Positions 20,798-31,230 are shown, numbered from the stretch's first letter. The stretch: DNA of 64,000 nucleotides from Fidelibacterota bacterium (GCA_046861385.1 JBHHTW010000001.1:1-64000); one strand, 5' to 3'. Notes: generated by a model from the letters alone, not told the origin. A program made the numbers and translations.

Positions 20798-21296
20798 GAA
20801 GGGTTTTCTTTCATTTGGCTCTAATTTAGGCGATAAGGAAGCCAATATTGCCGGAGCTATTACAGCCTTATCTACGTTTCACGAAATCAGTGATCTTCAA
20901 AGTGCTTCATTTTATAATTCTCCGCCCCTTTATAATATGAAACAGCCAGACTTTTTAAATACAGTGGTTAATTACACAACCACATTTTCGCCATTTGAAC
21001 TTTTTGACGCCTGCCAAAATGTAGAGAAACTTTTAGGTCGACCTGCAAAAAGGGATAAAAATACACCTCGAAGTATTGATATTGATATTTTAACCTATGG
21101 GACATCATTTATTGAAACAGATGAGCTGAAGATTCCTCATCCTGATTTAGCAAACAGAAAATTTGTTCTAGTCCCTTGGGCTGAATTAGCGCCAGATGAA
21201 ATCGTTCCAGTTTTCAATGTAACTGTTCAAGATCTACTCTCCGTGTGTATTGACCCATCTATCGTAACAAAGCACATTATGGAAAAAAATGCATGA
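20790..21296 (+). CDS. folK: 6-hydroxymethyl-7,8-dihydropterin pyrophosphokinase
   Basis: GSNLGD, FLN, PRSIDIDIL, IPHP, RKFVLVP; start at ATG 20790. Confidence 0.93.
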   Translation: MIEKGFLSFGSNLGDKEANIAGAITALSTFHEISDLQSASFYNSPPLYNMKQPDFLNTVVNYTTTFSPFELFDACQNVEKLLGRPAKRDKNTPRSIDIDILTYGTSFIETDELKIPHPDLANRKFVLVPWAELAPDEIVPVFNVTVQDLLSVCIDPSIVTKHIMEKNA

Positions 21297-21931
21297 GAAA
21301 TTTGTATTATGTAGCTATTGAAGGACCGATTGGAGTCGGTAAAACCAGTTTGGCAAAATTACTCGCTGAAAGGTTAGGGGCAAGATTGATATTAGAAGGA
21401 TTTGATGAAAATCCCTTTTTATCTGAATTTTACGAAGATCCTCAACGGTATGCATTTCAAACCCAATTATTTTTCCTGCTTCAGCGCTATCAGCAGCAAC
21501 AGGAATTAAGACAAGTAGACATGTTTCATAATTTACTCATTGCTGATTATATGTTTGTAAAAGATCGGTTATTTGCATCATTGAATCTGGATGAAAAAGA
21601 AATGACATTATATGAAACAGTTGCGAATTTATTGGAACGAAATGTCATCAATCCCGATTTAGTTATTTATCTCCAGGCTGATACAGACACATTGATGAAA
21701 AATATTCTCCGACGTGGTAGGAATATGGAAAAAAATATTTCTGAAGAATATATCGACGCATTAAATCAATTATATACTGAATACTTTTTCCGCTATCAGG
21801 ATACACCTTTGGTTATTATCAACACAAATAATATTGATTTCGTTCACAACTCAACTGACCTTGATGAAGTGATAAATTATATTCGACAACCGGTAACTGG
21901 GACTAAATTTTTTAATCCCGTTTCCAAATAA
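21293..21931 (+). CDS. Deoxynucleoside kinase
   Basis: IEGPIGVGKTS, FQTQLFFL, PDLVIYL. Confidence 0.92.
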   Translation: MRNLYYVAIEGPIGVGKTSLAKLLAERLGARLILEGFDENPFLSEFYEDPQRYAFQTQLFFLLQRYQQQQELRQVDMFHNLLIADYMFVKDRLFASLNLDEKEMTLYETVANLLERNVINPDLVIYLQADTDTLMKNILRRGRNMEKNISEEYIDALNQLYTEYFFRYQDTPLVIINTNNIDFVHNSTDLDEVINYIRQPVTGTKFFNPVSK

Positions 21932-21935
21932 ACTC

Positions 21936-22097
21936 ATGATGAAAGCGTTTTTAATTTTTGTTCTTCTTTATGCTGGGTATAAACTGTTTCAAAATGTTAA
22001 AATAGTGGAGCGGTCTCCAAAGAAGAAAAAAGTAAATTATAAAAATATGGAGATAAAAGATGCAGAATTTGAAGACATAGAAGATGAGAAAGATTAA
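21936..22097 (+). CDS. Small single-TM protein, 53 aa (absent from ORF track)
   Basis: MMKAFLIFVLLYAGYKLF...IKDAEFEDIEDEKD; fills the operon gap and overlaps the next gene. Confidence 0.7.
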   Translation: MMKAFLIFVLLYAGYKLFQNVKIVERSPKKKKVNYKNMEIKDAEFEDIEDEKD

Positions 22098-22524
22098 GCA
22101 CTTTTTATTTTCGGATTGGGCAAAATACCGTCATATAGGTTTATTGGTATTTCGCATTGGACTTTCCTATCAATTCGTGGTCCATCATGGTTGGGATAAA
22201 TTGATAGCCGGCCCGGATCGTTGGGCGAAAATTGGTGAACTGGGAATGACGCACTTGGGAGTTACTATTTTCTTCACATTTTTTGGTTTTTTGGCCGCTA
22301 TATCGGAATCTATTGGTGCGATTTTCATTGGACTTGGATTATTTTTTCGCCCGGCAGCGTTACTTTTAATGCTCACCATGGTTGTGGGAGTCAATATGCA
22401 TATAATGACAGGAAAAGGAAATTCTGAATTGGCTCTGATTTATGCATTAAGCAGTGGAGTATTATTCTTTATCGGCCCGGGGGATTATAGTTTAGACAAA
22501 AAACTGTTTCAATCATCATCATGA
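22084..22524 (+). CDS. DoxX family membrane protein
   Basis: GLLVFRIG, HGWDKL, GLFFRPAA, GPGDYSLD. Confidence 0.9.
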   Translation: MRKIKHFLFSDWAKYRHIGLLVFRIGLSYQFVVHHGWDKLIAGPDRWAKIGELGMTHLGVTIFFTFFGFLAAISESIGAIFIGLGLFFRPAALLLMLTMVVGVNMHIMTGKGNSELALIYALSSGVLFFIGPGDYSLDKKLFQSSS

Positions 22525-23537
22525 GAGCAGCAAGAATTCATTCTCACGGTGATTTAGATGTTCTTCAAATTGATAATGTCCCCTTACCGGATGTTCAACC
22601 CGGGCAGGTTCGTATCCAATTAAAGGCAGCTGCTTTAAACCATCTTGATATCTGGGTACGACGGGGGATTCCCGGTAGTAAACTCCCGATGATTCTAGGT
22701 AGTGACGGAGCAGGAATTATTCATAAGACCGGGGAAATGACTCATCGCTTTAAGGTTGGTGATGAAGTAATCATTCAGCCTTTAGTATATTGCGGAGAAT
22801 GTCGTCAATGCATGGCAGGAAACGAAAATTACTGTGATAAAATGGGAATTATGGGTGAATCTGTTAATGGTACGAATTGTGAATATATAGTACTAGAAGA
22901 ACGATTGGTTGAATCTAAACCTGTAGATTTATCCTTTGAAGACGCCGCTGCCTTTCCATTGGCTGGACAAACAGCCTACCAGATGCTGATCAAGCGAGCA
23001 CAAATTCAGCCTGGCGAAAATATTTTGGTATGGGGGGCAAGTTCGGGAGTCGGTCATTTAGCAGTCCAAATTGCGAAAGCGGTTGGATGCAATGTTATCG
23101 CTACAGCTGGTTCCAGAGAAAAATGTCAATTTGCAAGGGAACTTGGTGCTGATTTAATCGTGAATCATTTTGAAGATGACATCATTAACGAAATTAGAAA
23201 ATTCTGCGGTAAAGTGGATGTCGTTCTGGAACATGTCGGTCAAAAAACATGGGGCACGAGTATGAAAGTATTAAATAAATGTGGGCGTATCGTTACATGC
23301 GGCGCCACAACCGGCGCAACAGTCCAGATCGATTTGCGCCATTTATTTTACAAACAACAAACTGTATTGGGTTCAACTATGGGCAGCGCTGATTCGTTGA
23401 CTCAGGTGATTAAAATGGTCGAAGAGAAACAGGTAATTCCAAGGGTAGATAAACTTTTTCCTCTGGAAAACATACAATCTGCTCATGAATACCTGGAACA
23501 GAGTAATCAATTCGGGAAGGTCGTACTAACTATATGA
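22521..23537 (+). CDS. Zinc-binding alcohol dehydrogenase / quinone oxidoreductase
   Basis: NHLDIW, GSDGAG, CGECRQC, GASSGVG, FGKVVL. Confidence 0.9.
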   Translation: MRAARIHSHGDLDVLQIDNVPLPDVQPGQVRIQLKAAALNHLDIWVRRGIPGSKLPMILGSDGAGIIHKTGEMTHRFKVGDEVIIQPLVYCGECRQCMAGNENYCDKMGIMGESVNGTNCEYIVLEERLVESKPVDLSFEDAAAFPLAGQTAYQMLIKRAQIQPGENILVWGASSGVGHLAVQIAKAVGCNVIATAGSREKCQFARELGADLIVNHFEDDIINEIRKFCGKVDVVLEHVGQKTWGTSMKVLNKCGRIVTCGATTGATVQIDLRHLFYKQQTVLGSTMGSADSLTQVIKMVEEKQVIPRVDKLFPLENIQSAHEYLEQSNQFGKVVLTI

Positions 23538-24106
23538 AATATTTAATAAGCATAATGGTTTTTTCCTCAATACTGTTTTCAGCAGATGGTTATAAAGGTT
23601 TTGGATTTCAAGTGGGCGAGCAGGGAAGTGGATTATTTTATCATCAATCCTGGCGTTCAAATGATACATTCCAATGGCTTTTCAATGGGAGTATTTTTGA
23701 CGTTAAAGGGGATGATCAGTTGCTCGTCTATGATTATTACACAGGGCAATATCGATCGGTGGGAGATAAATATGTTCTTATCTTGCCCATGTTCGGCGGA
23801 GCGAAATATTTTCCATTCTATAATTCCATTGCCAACAATTTTGCACCATTTATTACCGCCCAACTGGGACCCGTTCTGACCATTGATGGCGCTGACAGCG
23901 AAAAATTCAAAACACGGTGGGGAAAGTCTCACGGATTATGGACACTGGGAGGTTACACCGGGATTGGAGTTGATTTTTTAATGTCAAATGGAATGGTAGT
24001 TTCAGTTGGAGCTGGGATAGATATTCTCCCGATGAAAGGGGACGTGGATGGAGAATCCAACTACAGTGGCGCAATTATTCATTTTGCATTTAACTGGCTG
24101 CGTTAA
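23534..24106 (+). CDS. Hypothetical exported protein, possibly an outer-membrane beta-barrel
   Basis: Signal peptide, amphipathic Gly/aromatic strands, aromatic C-terminus. Confidence 0.55.
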   Translation: MKYLISIMVFSSILFSADGYKGFGFQVGEQGSGLFYHQSWRSNDTFQWLFNGSIFDVKGDDQLLVYDYYTGQYRSVGDKYVLILPMFGGAKYFPFYNSIANNFAPFITAQLGPVLTIDGADSEKFKTRWGKSHGLWTLGGYTGIGVDFLMSNGMVVSVGAGIDILPMKGDVDGESNYSGAIIHFAFNWLR

Positions 24107-24807
24107 TGGCAGACGAACATTTCTTTTATATTTCGCCGAAAAATATTTCCCAAAATGCTTTCTCCCTCGATGAGAAAGAATCTCACCACGCATCACACGT
24201 CTTGCGGATGAAAGTTGGGGAAACGATTTGGCTATTAGATGGAATCGGAAGTGCTTATATAGGAGAGATAGAACGTATTGTACCGCAGATCTTCGGTAGA
24301 ATAAAAAAAACCATAAAAAATTATTCAGAACCGGATGTGGAAATGCATTTGGCTGTCGGATTATTAAAAAAGGATCGATTTGAGTTATTGCTGGAAAAAG
24401 CTGTGGAATGCGGAGCTGCTTCCATTACACCGCTTTTATTGGATAGATGTGTGAAAAAATCATTGAGTATGGAGCGTTCCAGGAAAATTGTTACCGCCGC
24501 CGCCAAACAATGCGGTCGGAGTCGATTTCCAACATTGCACAACTTAATGGCTTTAAATGAGTGGTTGAAAATAAATAGAAATAATACCGTTTGCTTAAAT
24601 ATTGGAAGTGAAGAAAAATTAGCTGACTGGAATCGAATTCATACACCCAAAAAAATCCACATAATTGTTGGACCGGAAGGGGACTTTTCTGAAAATGAAA
24701 AAGCCTTGATGAAGAAAAACAAAATTCCGTTTTTATCCATGGGAGTTCGGAGGCTCCGGGCTGAAACTGCAGCAATCACAGCCTTGAATATTATTGAACA
24801 TGGTTAG
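24106..24807 (+). CDS. rsmE: 16S rRNA m3U1498 methyltransferase
   Basis: HASHVLR, EKAVECG, AAKQCGR, IVGPEGDFS, RLRAETAA. Confidence 0.95.
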   Translation: MADEHFFYISPKNISQNAFSLDEKESHHASHVLRMKVGETIWLLDGIGSAYIGEIERIVPQIFGRIKKTIKNYSEPDVEMHLAVGLLKKDRFELLLEKAVECGAASITPLLLDRCVKKSLSMERSRKIVTAAAKQCGRSRFPTLHNLMALNEWLKINRNNTVCLNIGSEEKLADWNRIHTPKKIHIIVGPEGDFSENEKALMKKNKIPFLSMGVRRLRAETAAITALNIIEHG

Positions 24808-24989
24808 ATGGTTTCTAGTGGATTGGCAACTTGTTACCAGTAAAAGAAGATGAGTGATATTAGATGGATGATGGGAAAAGAAAAAACAACGAAAACAAAC
24901 TTTGTGGAAGTCCAAAAGTTCTTTTTAAAATTAATGTCCCGATGAATCGGGAAGAATTTCCGCAGAATAACTAATTTGGAAAAAATAAC

Positions 24990-25334
24990 ATGAACGACTG
25001 TCTATTTTGCAAAATAATAGCTGGAGAAATTCCATCGGACAAGGTTTTTGAAACGGATAGGATTTTTGCCTTTCGAGACATAAATCCCGCGGCGCCGACG
25101 CATATTTTAATTATTCCCAAAGAACATATTGCTACAACCAATGACCTGGATGAATCTCACAAATCCATTCTTGGAGAAATAATGCTCACTGCAAAACGGC
25201 TGGCAGAAGAGGAAGGAATTGCAGAACCCGGTTATCGAACGGTGTTTAACTGCAACAACGATGGAGGACAGGCAGTATACCATATTCACCTCCATCTATT
25301 GGGCGGCAGGCAGATGGGTTGGCCTCCGGGGTAG
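24990..25334 (+). CDS. hinT: Histidine triad nucleotide-binding protein
   Basis: CLFCKI, DINPAAPTHILIIPK, HIHLHLLGGR. Confidence 0.95.
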   Translation: MNDCLFCKIIAGEIPSDKVFETDRIFAFRDINPAAPTHILIIPKEHIATTNDLDESHKSILGEIMLTAKRLAEEEGIAEPGYRTVFNCNNDGGQAVYHIHLHLLGGRQMGWPPG

Positions 25335-25487
25335 TTTGGTCTAAAACAACTGATAGATGAATTGCAACCGGAAAGAAGCGAAATATAACAAACCGGTTTA
25401 TCAACTTTGAAAAGATCTCTGCGATCCCGATGAGGCGTGCTAAAGAGAAAGCAGATCAATGGAGCTTGTATCCGACACCTCCAATTA

Positions 25488-25883
25488 TTACCAGACTGTA
25501 TGAACTAAATCTGAATTCCTCAAATTTTTATCAGCCGTAATTAAAGGAGCTCCCTCAATAATAGACGTTGCACATATTAACCTGTCTGCAGGATCTAAAT
25601 TTATATTATCACTTAATCTGACAGAAAGATCTGCTATCTCATGTGAAATTGGAATGATTTGATAAGGGTAGGCTTCCATTATCAACCGCATGAATTCTGT
25701 ATAGGTTGTTTCAATAACCAGTCGTTGTTTTTTAATTAGCATCGCTATTTCCCATAATGAAATATCAGCTATTAGAATTTGACCTACAGATTGGGCTCGT
25801 TTTATTTCCTGTTTGGCTTTTATGCTTATTTCACTTGATTTGAGAGCATTCCAAACAATTACATGAGTATCTAAAGTAATCAT
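25488..25883 (-). CDS. vapC: VapC-family PIN domain toxin
   Basis: LDTHVIVW, SLWEI, DPADRLICAT, LITAD. Confidence 0.92.
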   Translation of the reverse strand: MITLDTHVIVWNALKSSEISIKAKQEIKRAQSVGQILIADISLWEIAMLIKKQRLVIETTYTEFMRLIMEAYPYQIIPISHEIADLSVRLSDNINLDPADRLICATSIIEGAPLITADKNLRNSDLVHTVW

Positions 25884-26113
25884 TCAGAAACGGCTTCCCA
25901 AGTTTCATCAATAGGCGCTACAATGTCTCCTAATATTGCAGTGTTTCCTATTTCCAATAACTCTTTTTGAGCTGTGCTTTGAGATTGATCTGCAGGAACT
26001 AGTTTTGCAACTACTTTACCATGGGATGTAATCTGAATCTGTGCACCTTTTTTTATTTGCTCAAGAACTTTCATCAAATTTGCTCTTAAATCACTCACAG
26101 CTATGGATGTCAT
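25880..26113 (-). CDS. Phd/YefM-family antitoxin
   Basis: IAVSDLRANL...IQITSHGKVVAKLVP; start moved to ATG 26113 (GAGGAAG RBS); ATGA overlap with toxin. Confidence 0.88.
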   Translation of the reverse strand: MTSIAVSDLRANLMKVLEQIKKGAQIQITSHGKVVAKLVPADQSQSTAQKELLEIGNTAILGDIVAPIDETWEAVSE

Positions 26114-26129
26114 ATCTTCCTCGTTAATA

Positions 26130-26189
26130 TGTACAAAAATACTGTACAAATTTTAAGAATACAAGTATATTGTACAAATATTGTGTACA
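26130..26189. promoter_or_regulatory. Probable toxin-antitoxin operator: two TGTACA-N7-TGTACA pairs
   Basis: TGTACA at 26130, 26143, 26171 and 26184 directly upstream of the antitoxin. Confidence 0.75.
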
Positions 26190-26488
26190 TAATTAGTGGT
26201 ATCATCGGCAAAACTCACCAGTATCGACGTAATCCGTGGGGACCGGGCGATGGCGGTTCATGCGCAACGAATTGTTGGATGTCATTATTTTTACTATGAT
26301 CTGCCTACTCTGGATATTTTACTTGTTTACGCTGGCCATATGGAACCAGAATTGTGCCACAATAATCCCAAAATAATGATTTCCTTATTACCGATGATCA
26401 ACACCAAACAAACACTTTAACTCGGAACGAAAAAGGAGACGATGGTAAAATATTATGTGTGGTTTTAAAAGATCAATTAAGGATTTGA

Positions 26489-27296
26489 CTATTCCTGCAA
26501 ACTTGAGTTGAAATCATTTAAGACGGTATTTAAATCAAACGAATAAACGTCCATAAATATTTTTAAATATTTATCAGGAGTCTTTATATAGTACTTCAAA
26601 TATTCCTGTAACTTTTTAATACCATGGTTGTCTATAAGAAATTCAACCATATATATATCTATAATAACTGTATTTTAATCGTAATTCTTGCTCGGACATA
26701 TTCTGTGGACTTTTTTCTTTTAGACCAGCCATTTCTATATTGGTCGTTTTCATCAATTTCATTAATTCATTTTTAGTATAAAAACTATGTCCACTGAAAT
26801 ATTCGGCAATTCCTTCAACAAACCAGGCCTGCTTATGAATCTTCATCGCTTTTTTAAAGGTGGTGTTTTGATCAATAAACATGTGAGATAATTCATGTTT
26901 CAAATAAGACTCAATTCCTGGTGGAGATTTCCTTGCATTAGAACCGATATAGATCAAATTTAATGGACTAAGGGATACTGAATACCCCGAGCCTTTTAGC
27001 CACGGTAAATATCTTTTATTATTGCTCTCTTTATTTAATACAACTATTGTTAAATGATTAACATACGTTAATCCGTGAAAATTCTCTTCTTCTTGCATAA
27101 TCTGATCAATATGATAAACAGAAGAATCCCTTTCAGTGAAATTATTCACATAAACCGTCGCTTTAAGTGCTGAGATTTTTTCATATCCGAATTTTATGGG
27201 ATTCCACGGAAAAAGAGGACCCCAAAATAAGTAAAATACCAGACTCAATAATACCGCCGCTAAAAGCAAACGGATTTTCTTTATTTTCCCCGGCAT
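26489..27296 (-). pseudogene. Peptidase MA-like (HEXXH) metalloprotease frameshifted at an (AT)5 tract
   Basis: HELSH and WFVEGIAEY; frame stops at 26643 but a second frame continues MVEFLIDNHGIKKLQEYL...LQE* to 26489. Confidence 0.8.
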
Positions 27297-27563
27297 CTAA
27301 ACAGTAAATCCATTTTCAATAAAAATTTTTGCGTTAACGCTATGGATTGGCATTGCACATCACATTTCTATTCTATGAATATTCATCAAGAGTAAAATTA
27401 TTGAATTACCTGACCAACCTCAATGGGAACTTTGGATTTCAAAAATGCTTAAGTGTTGGACAGATATTCTTTTTTGCTAACACACACAATGTCATTGCCT
27501 GTCCGGCGAAACGTAGTGTAGGAGGGTGAAGACAAATATTTTAGTATTTTATCTGAAGACACC

Positions 27564-27615
27564 GTACGACAGACATTCTTGACTGTCGTAGTGCAGACAA
27601 GAATGTCTGCACTAC
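27564..27615. repeat. REP-like inverted doublet
   Basis: GTAGTGCAGACA-AGAA-TGTCTGCACTAC perfect 12-bp stem (27588-27615) plus an adjacent degenerate inverted copy. Confidence 0.75.
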
Positions 27616-27711
27616 ATTTTGTTTAGTATTTTAAGCGAAGGCAAACTATAGCATTCCCCTCTGATAATTCTTATATTCCCCGACCACAAACTAAAGAAAA
27701 ACCAGTACAAA

Positions 27712-30700
27712 GTGTATATATCAAACCTGAAGATTCACGGTTTTAAATCTTTCGCCAAGAAAGATTCATTAAAATTCGGTGAAGGCATTACAGCAATCGT
27801 TGGTCCCAACGGCTGTGGAAAAACCAATATTGTGGACGCCATTCGCTGGGTCTTGGGTGAGCAGAAGTACAGTATCCTCCGGAGCAGCAAAATGGAGGAT
27901 GTTATTTTTAACGGGGCGGATTCGCTCAAGCCTTTAAGCGTGTGCGAGGTGTCTCTCACTGTCCACAATAACAAAGGCAAGCTGCCTGTAGAATATAACG
28001 ATATTGAAATCGGCCGCCGGATATTCCGGAATGGTGACAGCGAATATTTTATCAATCGAACGCCTTGCCGTTTGAAAGATATTCAAAATTTATTTATCGA
28101 TTCCGGCATGGGTGCAGATGCCTACTCCGTCATCGAGCTTAAAATGATCGAACATATTCTGTCAGAAACGAACGATGATCGGAAGCGGATGTTCGAAGAA
28201 GCTGCGGGGATCAACAAGTATAAGCATCAACGTAAATCCACATTGCGAAAATTTGATGCAGTCAGGAACGATTTGGAACGTGTGGAGGATATCATCGCGG
28301 AAGTTGAAGTAAAAGTAAAAGCGCTTGCTCTTCAATTAAAGCGGTTTGAGCGGCATGAAAAATTGGCAGGTGAATTAAAGCAGCGTGAAATTGCCCTGGC
28401 ATTTATAAAAATCAAAGAATATGAAGAAACCGCTGCTCCTCTCCGTAATAAGATTCAGGATTTCAAACATCTGCGGGAATCCACTGCCACAGAATCATCC
28501 ATTCACGAGAAAGAATTGGATCAGTTGAAATCCATTTATAAAGAACAGCAAGCCGAATTGGATGAAATGCGTTCAGAGATTTCACAGTCAGAAGAAAACA
28601 GAGATGATTTACAGCGTAAAGTTCTTGTGTCCACAGAACAATGTCGTTCAGCTGAATCCACTATCGAGAGGTTAAACCGGGAGAAAACCAACAATGAAAA
28701 CCGGATCGATCAGCTGAAAATTCAAACTTCTGAATATGACGTTGAAGTGAAAAACCTCATGCCGAAGATCGACTCAAAAGTGGAATTATATAAAAAAGAA
28801 AAAAACACGTTTGACAAAATGAATGACGACTATAATAAATCCCAGGAGAATGTGGATGCCCTCCAGGATAAGCGCTGGAATGAACAGCGCAGATTAGCCG
28901 ATCAGGAATCATTATTTAAGCGCACATCAGATATGCTGGAGGATAAACAGGGACAACTCAATTCACTAATATCAAAAAAATCGATGCTCGATGGAGATAT
29001 CTCCGCTACCATGAAAGAAATTGATTCTCAAAAGAACAATATGAATACACTACAAAAGACTATTGATCTTTTACAATCCAAATTTGAAAAAGCAGAACTG
29101 GATGTACATACTTTTGATTTAGAAAAACAAGAATCGATTCGTAAACAGCATTCTCTGGATACAAAATTAGAGGGTCTCCAAAGTCAGGTGCAGTTTTATG
29201 AACAGTTGGTGGAATCGAAAGAAGGATACCCCGGCGGTGTTAAATACGTTTTGGAAAACAGGAATGATTTTCCGGGGATTGAAGGTGTCCTTTCTGAAAT
29301 AGTAGAAGTGGATGATCAGTATGGGGACATTATCGAAAGTGTCATGGGCTCCAAAGCGAGCTGTCTTGTAGCGACAAACAGAAAATCAGCATTAGCAGCT
29401 TTGAAAAACTTGAGAGATGGGAAGTTTGGTAACGCGTCTATTCTGCCATTAAAAGAAATCTCTTCACTGAAAATAGAAGTGAAAAATGCACCCAAAAATG
29501 ATCAAGTTATTTCCAGGGCTGTGGATGTGATTAAAACGCAAAAGAAATATTCTTCTTTAACTGATCTACTTTTAGGGAATGTATTAATCGTCAAAGATCT
29601 CTCCGATGCAGTTGCTGATAAAACATTGGCAGGGTGGGATTTGGTTGATACAAAAGGAACCTATGCCGGTTCCAATTATGTCTTAAAACAGCAGCGTAAA
29701 AGCAAAGGTCTTGTGGGCAGGCAAAAGCAGTTGGACGCTTTGTACAATTCCATCAAAAGCACGGAAAAAGATCAAATAGTTCTCCAAGGAGTCATTGAGG
29801 CCGGGACGAAAATACTCGAGAATTCCATTGCAGACAAAAATGAAATTGCTGATGAGTTAAAAAAGCTGCAAGAAAAGTTCAATGCTGCTGAAAATGAATT
29901 ATTGCAGCATACAATTCGTCAGGAGCAGAATTCTGAATTATTAAATTCTATTAGTCATGAGATTGATGAAACGAAAGCAGCCGTTGCGTCATTGGAATTG
30001 TCTAAGAAAAAGCTGACGCCATCTGCTGAAAAAGGGGAACAGATATTAACGAATCTCGCAGAAGAATTATCCAAGGCAAACGATATCCTTTTATCCAATC
30101 GTAAAAAGCGAGATGAATTTCACCAACATGTTCAGGATATACGCATAGAAATTTTAAACCTCGAAAACCAGCGTGAAAATCTATTATTTCAAAAACGGAC
30201 TGCCATAGAATCTGTCACAGAATTATCCAATCGTCAGTCAGCTATAGAAAAAGAAATAATAGAGTTGATGGAAAAAGGGGATGATCTAAAGAAACGCATT
30301 GGTGAGTTTGAAAAGGAATTACAAAAATTCAGTGCCGTGGTCCAAAGGCTTCACTCAGTACTTGGTCTTAAAAAAGAAACGACACAAGAAACATTTAATG
30401 AAATTGAAGTGGTTCAAAATAAAATTAATGAAGAACAACGCAGTCGGGAGAATTTATTAGAAGAATTAAAAAATGCCGAACTGGATGTATCCAGTTATGA
30501 ATTAAAAATCAATTCGGTAATCGATAGAATCAAAGAACGATACAATGCGGATATTCCCGACCATGTTCAGGTGAATGAAAGCGCGTTAGAATTAGAAGAT
30601 CGAATTGATAAAATCAATCGAAGTCTTGAGAATATTGGTCCAATTAATATGGCGGTGAAGGACGAGCACGAAATTGAATCGGAGCGACTTCAATTATTGA

Positions 30701-31230
30701 ATGATCAAAAAACAGATTTAATGGAATCGGAAGATAATTTACGGGATACAATTCAAAAAATTGATCGTGAAGCAAGGAAAATGTTTTTGGAAACATTTGA
30801 AAAAATTAAAGTGAATTTCGAAAAATTATTCGTCATGTTTTTTGAAGGAGGACAAGGATCGTTATCATTGGTGGGTGATCCTGACCCGTTAGATGCAGAT
30901 ATTGCCATTAGCGCACAGCCTCCCGGAAAGAAGAATAATTCTCTACGAATGCTATCTGCGGGAGAAAAGTCACTCACAGCCATTGCTCTTTTATTTGCTA
31001 TTTACCAATATAAGCCAAGTCCATATTGTATATTGGATGAAGTAGATGCACCGCTGGACGATGTAAACATTCGAAAATTTACGAAAGTGCTAAATGCATT
31101 TTCCGACGAGACACAGTTTATAGTAGTGACCCATAATAAACTAACCATGGAAGCGGCGGATTATCTTTTCGGAGTGACCATGGAGCAAAAGGGTGTGTCA
31201 AAGCTTGTGTCGGTAAAATTCGACGCATAA
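27712..31230 (+). CDS. smc: Chromosome segregation protein SMC
   Basis: GFKSF, GPNGCGKTN, coiled coils with hinge, LSAGEK, ILDEVDAPLD, VVTHNK. Confidence 0.97.
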   Translation: MYISNLKIHGFKSFAKKDSLKFGEGITAIVGPNGCGKTNIVDAIRWVLGEQKYSILRSSKMEDVIFNGADSLKPLSVCEVSLTVHNNKGKLPVEYNDIEIGRRIFRNGDSEYFINRTPCRLKDIQNLFIDSGMGADAYSVIELKMIEHILSETNDDRKRMFEEAAGINKYKHQRKSTLRKFDAVRNDLERVEDIIAEVEVKVKALALQLKRFERHEKLAGELKQREIALAFIKIKEYEETAAPLRNKIQDFKHLRESTATESSIHEKELDQLKSIYKEQQAELDEMRSEISQSEENRDDLQRKVLVSTEQCRSAESTIERLNREKTNNENRIDQLKIQTSEYDVEVKNLMPKIDSKVELYKKEKNTFDKMNDDYNKSQENVDALQDKRWNEQRRLADQESLFKRTSDMLEDKQGQLNSLISKKSMLDGDISATMKEIDSQKNNMNTLQKTIDLLQSKFEKAELDVHTFDLEKQESIRKQHSLDTKLEGLQSQVQFYEQLVESKEGYPGGVKYVLENRNDFPGIEGVLSEIVEVDDQYGDIIESVMGSKASCLVATNRKSALAALKNLRDGKFGNASILPLKEISSLKIEVKNAPKNDQVISRAVDVIKTQKKYSSLTDLLLGNVLIVKDLSDAVADKTLAGWDLVDTKGTYAGSNYVLKQQRKSKGLVGRQKQLDALYNSIKSTEKDQIVLQGVIEAGTKILENSIADKNEIADELKKLQEKFNAAENELLQHTIRQEQNSELLNSISHEIDETKAAVASLELSKKKLTPSAEKGEQILTNLAEELSKANDILLSNRKKRDEFHQHVQDIRIEILNLENQRENLLFQKRTAIESVTELSNRQSAIEKEIIELMEKGDDLKKRIGEFEKELQKFSAVVQRLHSVLGLKKETTQETFNEIEVVQNKINEEQRSRENLLEELKNAELDVSSYELKINSVIDRIKERYNADIPDHVQVNESALELEDRIDKINRSLENIGPINMAVKDEHEIESERLQLLNDQKTDLMESEDNLRDTIQKIDREARKMFLETFEKIKVNFEKLFVMFFEGGQGSLSLVGDPDPLDADIAISAQPPGKKNNSLRMLSAGEKSLTAIALLFAIYQYKPSPYCILDEVDAPLDDVNIRKFTKVLNAFSDETQFIVVTHNKLTMEAADYLFGVTMEQKGVSKLVSVKFDA

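Noticed and set aside
25345..25460. CTGATAGA/CCGATGAG...GAAA motifs suggesting a hammerhead ribozyme
   Set aside because: No exact CUGANGA core with the required flanking stems could be built
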